From positions 1 through 28,755 of the IMG/VR virus record IMGVR_UViG_3300020727_000063: a stretch of DNA of 28,755 nt. The stretch is one strand, 5' to 3'. Source of the DNA: a virus (taxonomy: Duplodnaviria; Caudoviricetes). A program made the translations under genes and the position numbers. This document shows positions 6,113-12,927 of this stretch, piece by piece. Numbering within the stretch: the first letter of the stretch is position 1; every line of letters starts with the position of its first letter. The notes under the pieces are model-generated. The model saw nothing but the letters and a program-made list of their open reading frames with translations, was not told the DNA's origin and did no database searches.

Positions 6113-7852
6113 ATGGCAAATAATTTGCTAACCATTTCCAAGATCACTAACGAAGCATTGATGGTCTTGGAAAACGAATTAACATTTACATCAGAAGTAG
6201 ATCGTAACTATGATGATCAATTCGCTGTGGTATAAAGCCTGCCTCAGTTTTTACTGTGGGTCTTATATTTGAGGTGGTAAGATCGGTAACACAGTAAACG
6301 TCCGTAAAAAGAGTTAGGTGTGCGGACGAAAAAGTTTCTCTGATTGACTTGGAGTCCCAGAAGTGGGTAACAAGGGGCAAGCGAAAGCAGCCTGAACGAC
6401 TAAGTGAGAAGCCCCGAAAGGGATGCGATAGTCTGAACTAGGATATAACTAAAGAAGTCCTAGAGTGCGATTCGAAGAAGTTGCACCGCCATTGAAAAAT
6501 GGTCAGTAAGTCGAAAGACTGAAAGTAACAGAATGAAACCTGGACGCTTTATTGGAACTACAGGGCCAGCCCTGAACGTAGAAGATTTCAATGAAACTTC
6601 TGTGCCTGTAACTTTGTCAACACAGTTCCATGTGGATAAACGTATGTCCACATATATCCACTAAGGATATTGGCAAAATTTCTTCTGATTGACTTGGAAG
6701 CCCAGAAGTGGGCGACAGGGCGCAAGCAAGGCAACTGTGCAGCGTGAACGACTAAGTGAAGAAACCCTGAAATGGGATGCGATAGTCTGAACATTGGTAT
6801 AACTTTATAAGAAACCGATGAGAGCGACCTGAAGCGGAAGCTCCACTACAGAACACCGTAGGGGTAACAGAATGACACAATTTACAACACAAGATTTGGC
6901 ATTGTCTTTAGATATGTTCTCTGATCGTGTATTGAAGCCTGCTGTAGCTGCTATCGCCAACAAGATTGACCGTGATGGTACTTTGCAAGCTGCTAACAAC
7001 ACAGCTAACATCGTTGGTACTGCTGGTACGCCCCCAACAGGTTTAATTACCTATTTAACGGCTGCTGCTTACCTTGACTCTGAAGGCGCACCTCGTGATG
7101 GTCGTAGATCATGTATCGTTGAGCCGTTCACTTCCGCTACTATTGTTGACAGCTTGAAAGGCCTATTTGTGCCACAAGAAGCTATTGGCGAACAGTATCG
7201 TAAAGGACTTATGGGTCGGGATTCCGCCGGGATGAACTGGAAAATGGATCAAAACGTGGTAGCTCACCAATTTGGTAGCTTTGCTGGTTCTGCAACTATT
7301 ACTGGTTCAAGCGGTTTCTTGACAAGTGGTTGGGCTTCTAGCTCTAACATCACTTTGACATTAACTTCTGGCGTTAGCTTAAATCAAGGCGATACATTTA
7401 CAATCGCTGGCGTTTATGCAGTTAACCCACAAAACCGTCAAGCCTATGGTTCAAACAAGTTGCGTAACTTTGTAGTTAATACAGCAGTTAGCGGTTCAGG
7501 TGGTACTATTTCTGTAAACGTAAGCCCTGCGGTTATTACTGCTGGTCAGTTCCAGAACGTATCTATTCCTACTGCTCTGTCAACAGCTACAGTTAACTTC
7601 TTTAATCAATCTGGTACTGTTTCCCCACAAAACATCATCATGCACCGCAATGCGTTTACTCTAGCAGTAGCCGATCTTGAGTTGCCAGAGGGTGTTCACT
7701 TTGCAGGTCGTGCAAGCGACAAGGAAATCGGTCTGTCAATGCGTGTAGTTCGTCAATACACTATTAACAATGACTCTATTCCTACACGTCTTGACGTTCT
7801 GTATGGTTGGGCTAATTTGTATCCTGAACTCGCTTGCCGTGTTGCAGCTTAA
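6113..7852 (+). CDS. Major capsid protein, P22 gp5-like, spliced: join(6113..6231,6272..6305,6536..6637,6875..7852), 410 aa
   Basis: SD AAGGA and ATG 6113. Joined exons (119+34+102+978=1233 nt) read continuously: MANNLLTISKITNEALMVLENELTFTSEVDRNYDDQFAVV|GGKIGNTVNVR|KPGRFIGTTGPALNVEDFNETSVPVTLSTQFHVD|TQFTTQDLALSLDMFSDRVLKPA...RLDVLYGWANLYPELACRVAA. This is a typical P22-coat-family sequence. Confidence 0.92.
6232..6271 (+). other. 40-nt intervening sequence in the capsid gene; putative core-less group I-type mini-intron
   Basis: Introduces an in-frame TAA (6233) and a frameshift. Removing 6232-6271 restores GT|A GGT GGT AAG. The 5' exon ends in U and the insert ends in G. GCCUCAGU (6241-6248) pairs with the 5' exon with U.G at the junction, and GCCU (6237-6240) pairs with the 3' exon AGGU. 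Confidence 0.7.
6306..6535 (+). ncRNA. Group I intron, 230 nt, no ORF
   Basis: P1: CGUCCGU exon with GCGGACG (6322-6328), U.G at the splice site. P10: UUAGGUGU with AAACCUGG. P3: GUUUCUC with GAGAAGC. P4: CUUG/CAAG. P5: CCCA-GAAG-UGGG. P7: GACUA (6398-6402) with UAGUC (6429-6433). P8: CCC-GAAA-GGG. P9: CUAGGA/UCCUAG. Terminal G at 6535. Removal restores VNVR|KPGRF. Confidence 0.93.
6638..6874 (+). ncRNA. Group I intron, 237 nt, no ORF
   Basis: P1: AUGUGGAU exon with GUCCACAU (6646-6653), U.G at the splice site. P2: AUAUCC/GGAUAU. P3: UUUCUUC with GAAGAAA. P5: GCCCA-GAAG-UGGGC. P7: GACUA (6750-6754) with UAGUC (6783-6787). P8: CCC/GGG. P9: CAUUGGU/ACCGAUG. Terminal G at 6874. Removal restores FHVD|TQFTT. 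Confidence 0.93.
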
Positions 7853-7878
7853 TTCACGAATAACGAAAGGAAACTATA

Positions 7879-8313
7879 ATGTCTAATCCAGGCCCAGCAG
7901 TAACCACTTCGATTCACCCACAAGTTTTAGGCTCTAACCAAGCATTGCGTTTGATCGCAACTGCTCAAGGTGTTAGCCTCGCAACTTTAGGTGATACCGC
8001 AGTTAACGTAATTGATGTAACCAACTATGTTCCAGTATCCGTTATTACGGCTAACTGTAACAATGCTGGTGCAGCAGTATCCACAGCAAGCACCTATTTA
8101 GGTGTTTACACAGGCTTAGCAGGTACAGGTACAGCCGTATATACCAAAGCTGCTTTAGCAACTAACACAACTACTGCTAACGCATCGGTTGTAGCTGCAA
8201 CTTTAGTAGCAAGTGCAACATCTGCTCAAACTTTGTATGTAAACGTATCTTCTGCTGCTGTAACAGGCACAATTGACGTATATGTATATGGTTACGACTT
8301 GTCAGCACAGTAA
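7879..8313 (+). CDS. Putative virion structural or capsid accessory protein
   Basis: Strong SD GAAAGGA, directly after the capsid gene and before a terminator. A/T/V-rich with capsid-like codon usage. Function inferred from position only. Confidence 0.6.
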   Translation: MSNPGPAVTTSIHPQVLGSNQALRLIATAQGVSLATLGDTAVNVIDVTNYVPVSVITANCNNAGAAVSTASTYLGVYTGLAGTGTAVYTKAALATNTTTANASVVAATLVASATSAQTLYVNVSSAAVTGTIDVYVYGYDLSAQ

Positions 8314-8329
8314 TTTGTTGTAAAATAGA

Positions 8330-8358
8330 AGCCCAACCCCTAAAAAGGTTGGGTTTTT
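8330..8358 (+). terminator. Rho-independent terminator
   Basis: Stem GCCCAACC / GGTTGGGT with an 8-nt loop, followed by a T-run. Confidence 0.8.
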
Positions 8359-8376
8359 AACATTCTGAGGGGGCTT

Positions 8377-9057
8377 ATGAAAAATGTAATGATTGCCATG
8401 CCTTGCTATTCAGCAAAGGTACACTTTCCTACCATGCGTTCTATTTTGCTTGATGCTATCAATATTATTGGTCGTGGAGATAAATTCTGTATTGCTGAAG
8501 ATATTGGAAATAGCGATATAGCAGGATCAAGAGGGGCATTATTTGGTGCTTTTGTACGTTCTAATTGCGATACGCTAGTTTTTGTTGATGATGACGTATT
8601 TTGGGAGCCAGGAGCATTAATTAAGTTAATTGACTACCCTGTAGATGTAGTAGGTGGTATTTACCCTAAGAAGCAAGAGCCTATGGAATGGCCTTTTAAA
8701 ATTGCCGAAAAAGAAGAATATCGTAATGATCCTGAAACAGGATTAATGGAAGTTTTAGGGCTTCCTGGTGGTTTTTTAAAGATTAGTAAAGATTGTGCTT
8801 TAAAGATGATTGAGGCATATCCTAGACAAACATTGCGTAGCGTAAGTGAAAACAGTCAATTTTGGCCTGTATTTGACCCTTATGAAACTCCTGACGGCAA
8901 TCGTTTAAGTGAAGATTTCAGCTTTTGCCAAAGATGGATAGATATAGGTGGCAAAGTATGGGCAAATCTTGAATTTGAATTAGGTCATATCGGTTACAAA
9001 ACTTTTAAAGGAAGTTGTGGAAAACACTTGAGGGAAGCACAAAACAATGTAAAATAG
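8377..9057 (+). CDS. GT-A fold glycosyltransferase-like protein
   Basis: VMIAMPCY start, DxD-type motif LVFVDDD, VVGGIYPKK, GFLKI, LSEDFSFCQRW and LGHIG. SD GAGGGG. Confidence 0.75.
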   Translation: MKNVMIAMPCYSAKVHFPTMRSILLDAINIIGRGDKFCIAEDIGNSDIAGSRGALFGAFVRSNCDTLVFVDDDVFWEPGALIKLIDYPVDVVGGIYPKKQEPMEWPFKIAEKEEYRNDPETGLMEVLGLPGGFLKISKDCALKMIEAYPRQTLRSVSENSQFWPVFDPYETPDGNRLSEDFSFCQRWIDIGGKVWANLEFELGHIGYKTFKGSCGKHLREAQNNVK

Positions 9058-9073
9058 TTGCAGTATTACAACA
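9056..9073. promoter_or_regulatory. Palindrome copy 4, inverted: AGTTGC-AGTATT-ACAACA
   Basis: The reverse complement reads (G)TGTTGT-AATACT-GCAACT, matching copy 3. Overlaps the upstream stop codon. Confidence 0.4.
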
Positions 9074-9097
9074 CTCACCTTTGCAAAGGGACAAATT

Positions 9098-9424
9098 ATG
9101 TCAAGCACTACCGTTACTCGTGGTAATTCCCACGAAACTTTTTACATCACCCCATCCATTACTCCTGCTGCTGTAGCCGCAAATACTTCTGCTGCTCAGA
9201 CTTTTAGCGTTGGTGGCTTACAAACTACCGATTTTGTGTTGGTTCAAGGCTATCAAGGCACACAAACTACAGGTATTGTTATTGCTGAATCTGATTGCTT
9301 AACTGCTGGCGTACTATCAATACAGTTCGCAAACGTAACAACTGGTAGCGCAACACCTTCTTCTGGCTTGTATGCGGTTCAAATTACTCGTTTAGAAGGC
9401 CCAGCACCCTCTACTGCTGTTTAA
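9098..9424 (+). CDS. Hypothetical virion protein
   Basis: 108 aa, T/S/A-rich, SD AAAGGG, in the structural operon. Confidence 0.65.
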   Translation: MSSTTVTRGNSHETFYITPSITPAAVAANTSAAQTFSVGGLQTTDFVLVQGYQGTQTTGIVIAESDCLTAGVLSIQFANVTTGSATPSSGLYAVQITRLEGPAPSTAV

Positions 9425-9433
9425 GGATAAATC

Positions 9434-9787
9434 ATGGCAAACGTATCAGCTTATAGATTTGTTGGCCCTACAACGGCTATTGCAGTAACTACAGCTAGTT
9501 CGACTTCTGTAACAATTACCCCTTTAGGTAATGATCAAGCGAACTTTTGTGGCTTTTTAAACGTAGGTACAACACCTATTGCTATTACTATTGCTCCAGC
9601 CGTTGCAGGAACTACGACAACTGCTGCGGCAGCCGTTCTTCCTACAGGTGGAAATAGCTCTAACAGTTTTGTTCTAGGTATCTCAATGTCACAACCTACC
9701 GTGATTGCCGTACCGCCTAGCTTTGCTATTACTGCTATTGGAACAGCTAATACGCTGTATGTATTGCCTATGGTTGATCAAAACTAA
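9434..9787 (+). CDS. Hypothetical virion protein
   Basis: 117 aa, T/A-rich, SD AAGGA. Confidence 0.65.
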   Translation: MANVSAYRFVGPTTAIAVTTASSTSVTITPLGNDQANFCGFLNVGTTPIAITIAPAVAGTTTTAAAAVLPTGGNSSNSFVLGISMSQPTVIAVPPSFAITAIGTANTLYVLPMVDQN

Positions 9788-9795
9788 GGATAATT

Positions 9796-10338
9796 ATGTC
9801 AAATTTTAACGGTGTAGCATCAGTTTCAACGACTAATATTGTCCCAGTTCAAGCGCAATTTGATTCTTCTGGTAATTGTTTGGGTCTTATTGGGCCAGGT
9901 GGAGTATTTTTTTCACCGCCATTAACTTCAGATACTATTACTGGTGCAACCATTGATAACAGCACAATTGGAGCAACTACACCTTCTACTGTAAATGCAA
10001 CCAATGTATCAATAAACGGCAAATTGCACGTTTCTGCTACTGCACCTACGATTGCATCAGGTTTTGGTACAAGCCCTACGATTACAGCATTTAATTCATC
10101 AGCATTTAAAATTGTAGTTGGTACAGGTGGCGCAGCAAATGGTGTTATCACATTTCCTGCCGCACCTAATGGTTGGGTAGTATATGCACAAGACGTTACT
10201 AGCGGAACATCATTATTTTTACAGCAAACTGCAAGCACTACAACTTCTGCTACTTTAACAAGTTTTAGCATTACTTTAGGTACTGCTGCAAACATGACTG
10301 CTGGCGATACGATTATAGTAATGGCATTTCCTTATTAA
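9796..10338 (+). CDS. Short fibre or spike-like virion protein
   Basis: 180 aa. Shares the N-terminal motif NIxPVQAxFxxxGxxxxxIGxG and the IGATTPST repeat with the next gene. SD AAGGA. Confidence 0.6.
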   Translation: MSNFNGVASVSTTNIVPVQAQFDSSGNCLGLIGPGGVFFSPPLTSDTITGATIDNSTIGATTPSTVNATNVSINGKLHVSATAPTIASGFGTSPTITAFNSSAFKIVVGTGGAANGVITFPAAPNGWVVYAQDVTSGTSLFLQQTASTTTSATLTSFSITLGTAANMTAGDTIIVMAFPY

Positions 10339-10346
10339 GGATTAAT

Positions 10347-12926
10347 ATGGCTACTGGCCCAGCGTTAACGCAAGATCAAAATATCCTGCCTGTACAGGCT
10401 TATTTTAATTTAGACGGTACATTTAACACGTTTATTGGTCAGGGCGTACCATTTACTGTCCCTGTAAGTGGTTCGGTAACTAATGCAACCATTACAAATA
10501 GTACGATTAATAGTACGACTATTGGTGCTACAACCCCTAGTACAGGGGTTTTTACTAATATAGCTACAACTACAGGCACAATTTCAACAACGCCTTCAAG
10601 CTCTACAGACATTGCTAATAAGTTGTATGTTGATACAGTTGCTTTAGGTATTAGTTGGAAAGAGCCTGCACAAGCAGCAACTACAGTCAACATTACGTTA
10701 TCAGGGCTTCAAACAGTCGATACAGTCGCTTTAGCGGCAGGCAACATAGTCTTAGTTAAGAATCAAACAACATCTTCTCAAAACGGCATTTATGTAGCTT
10801 CTACAGGTGCTTGGACTTATGCTCCAGGCTCGACTACATGGGCGCAATATGTAGGCGCAATGATTTTTGTAGACGGTGGCGCACAAGCAGGTAGTCTTTG
10901 GTATAACTTAGCTCAACCTGGCGGTACATTAGGTACTACCAATATGACTTGGAGTAATTTTTCCACGTCAGGTGTATATACAGCAGGAACAGGTTTAACT
11001 TTAAGCGGTACAGCATTTAGTATTACTCCTGTTGGTACAGCAGGAACATACGGCTCTGCATCAGCCGTACCTGTTTTTGTTACAAACGCTTCAGGTCAAG
11101 TATCAAGCGTAACTAATACAAGTATTGCAATTGCTGGAAGTCAAATTACTAGCGGTACAATAGGCTCAAGCTATATTAGTGGCTCATATACAGGCATTAC
11201 AGGCGTTGGTACGTTAACTGCTGGCACTTGGAACGCATCAGTAATTGGTGCAACTTATGGCGGTACAGGCGTTACTAGTTTAAGTGGTATTGTTTACGGC
11301 AATGGCACTTCAGCATTTACAGCAGCGACAGGCTCACAAATTGCTTCAGCAATCGGCACAACAGCCGTAACTAATGCTACCAACGCTACAAATATAGCTG
11401 GTGGTGCAGCAGGACAAATTCCATTTCAAACTGGTGCTGGAGCAACTTCATTTACTGCCGCAGGTACAACAGGTCAAGTATTAACTAGCGCAGGCGCAGG
11501 AACTCCTACTTGGACAACTCCTACAACTGGCACAGTAACATCAGTAAGCGGTACAGGAACAGTTAACGGCATTACTCTTACAGGTACAGTAACTTCTAGC
11601 GGAAGCATTACTTTAGGCGGTACTTTAGGAAGCATTGCAAACAGTCAGCTTACTAATAGTTCTATTACTTTTGGTTCTACTGCTGTTTCTTTAGGCACTA
11701 CTGTTAGTGCTTTAAATGGTGTATCTATCGGTGCTACAACAGCTTCAACAGGTGCATTTACTTATGCTTCTTTAAGCTCAACTACTAGCACTACACCTGT
11801 TTTATCGTTTAATGCTGCTAATGCTTCTTTTGCTAGTGGTGCAACTGTATCAGGTAATTATTTACAGTTTTTGGTACAAAACAAATCAGGTACGGCTGGC
11901 GCATCTACAAACTATGTATTAAGCAATGATCTAGGCACAGACTCTACATATTATGGCGAGTTTGGTATGAACTCCTCAGTATTTAGCGCATCTACACCTA
12001 GTGATTTCTTTAGTATTAACAATGGCGTTTATTTCTCAGGTCACGATGGTGACATTGCTGTTGGCTCTGGAAATGGTTATAAAACCTATTTTGCTTGGGG
12101 ATCAACTGGTCAATCAGCCCATGTAATTAATGCTTCAGGTGCTATTGGCTTATCTACAAACTTGGGAACAACCCCAGCACTTAGCGGTACGACTGGATTT
12201 GGAACAAGCGGTCAAGTTTTAACATCAAATGGTAGCGCAGCAGCTCCTACATGGACTACAGTTACATCAGGCATAACAATTACTGATGACACAACTACTA
12301 ATGCGACTCGTTATTTAACGCTGACAAGTGCTACAAGCGGCACAATTACAGGTGAATATACTTCATCTACTAAACTGCAATTTAACCCTTCTACAGGTGT
12401 TATAACTGCTGCTTTTAGTGGCGCTTTAAATGGTTCTGTAGGTGCAACAACACCAAGCACAGGCGCATTTACTACTATTTCTGCATCAAGCACAGCAACA
12501 TTACCTGGCTCATCTAGCACTTTGGCTGCTATTTTGACTAATGCTGCTGAGATTTGCACAGTATCAGCTACTGCTGCTACAGGAACAATTGCTTATTATC
12601 CATCTACACAATCTGTTCTTTATTACACTACATCAGCATCAGCTAATTGGACTGTAAATTTGGCTTTCTCTGCTGGCACAACAATGAATACTGCAATGTC
12701 AACAGGGCAATCTTTAACTGTAGCTTTCTTGGTGACTCAAGGTTCAACAGCGTATTACAATACTGTAGTTCAAGTTGATGGAACTACATCAGGAGTAACA
12801 ACTATTTGGCAAGGTGGTGCGCCTTCTTCAGGAAATGCATCGGGAGTAGATGTTTATACATATACCATTATTAAAACTGGTTCTGCTGCATTTACAGTAT
12901 TAGCTTCTCAAACTCAATTTAAATAA
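10347..12926 (+). CDS. Long T/G/S-rich fibre protein
   Basis: 859 aa with very few charged residues. Repeats (I/V)GATT(P/A)STG(A/V)FT x3 and GTxGQVLTSxG...PTWTT x2, plus a VLVKNQT..QNGIYV module seen in phage fibres. Confidence 0.75.
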   Translation: MATGPALTQDQNILPVQAYFNLDGTFNTFIGQGVPFTVPVSGSVTNATITNSTINSTTIGATTPSTGVFTNIATTTGTISTTPSSSTDIANKLYVDTVALGISWKEPAQAATTVNITLSGLQTVDTVALAAGNIVLVKNQTTSSQNGIYVASTGAWTYAPGSTTWAQYVGAMIFVDGGAQAGSLWYNLAQPGGTLGTTNMTWSNFSTSGVYTAGTGLTLSGTAFSITPVGTAGTYGSASAVPVFVTNASGQVSSVTNTSIAIAGSQITSGTIGSSYISGSYTGITGVGTLTAGTWNASVIGATYGGTGVTSLSGIVYGNGTSAFTAATGSQIASAIGTTAVTNATNATNIAGGAAGQIPFQTGAGATSFTAAGTTGQVLTSAGAGTPTWTTPTTGTVTSVSGTGTVNGITLTGTVTSSGSITLGGTLGSIANSQLTNSSITFGSTAVSLGTTVSALNGVSIGATTASTGAFTYASLSSTTSTTPVLSFNAANASFASGATVSGNYLQFLVQNKSGTAGASTNYVLSNDLGTDSTYYGEFGMNSSVFSASTPSDFFSINNGVYFSGHDGDIAVGSGNGYKTYFAWGSTGQSAHVINASGAIGLSTNLGTTPALSGTTGFGTSGQVLTSNGSAAAPTWTTVTSGITITDDTTTNATRYLTLTSATSGTITGEYTSSTKLQFNPSTGVITAAFSGALNGSVGATTPSTGAFTTISASSTATLPGSSSTLAAILTNAAEICTVSATAATGTIAYYPSTQSVLYYTTSASANWTVNLAFSAGTTMNTAMSTGQSLTVAFLVTQGSTAYYNTVVQVDGTTSGVTTIWQGGAPSSGNASGVDVYTYTIIKTGSAAFTVLASQTQFK

Positions 12927-12927
12927 T

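Noticed and set aside
6227-6296. T4 gene 60-style translational bypass of the 40-nt insert (stop right after GTA, a hairpin, and a GTGGTA direct repeat at 6227 and 6274)
   Set aside because: The repeated GTG/GTA codons lie in the wrong frame (resuming gives AGA TCG GTA ACA CAG TAA). The codon before the correct resume point is TGA, and the first in-frame Val codon (6294) would delete GGKIGNT. Group I-type junction and guide pairing explain the insert better. Bypassing is disfavoured, not experimentally excluded.
6340-6795. Repeated blocks (TGATTGACTTGGA, GGGATGCGATAGTCTGAAC) as CRISPR repeats, tRNA or recombination sites
   Set aside because: There are only two copies, and they are colinear conserved core elements of the two introns. 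No spacer periodicity or cloverleaf is present.
6113-6874. Capsid pseudogene or stop-codon reassignment
   Set aside because: Exon sequences are intact and the interruptions are structured with precise boundaries. All other genes end normally at TAA/TAG/TGA, and frameshifts cannot be fixed by recoding.
6872-7852. The 326-aa ORF as the complete major capsid protein
   Set aside because: Its ATG is the last three bases of intron 3. The true N-terminal 85 aa are encoded in upstream exons starting at 6113.
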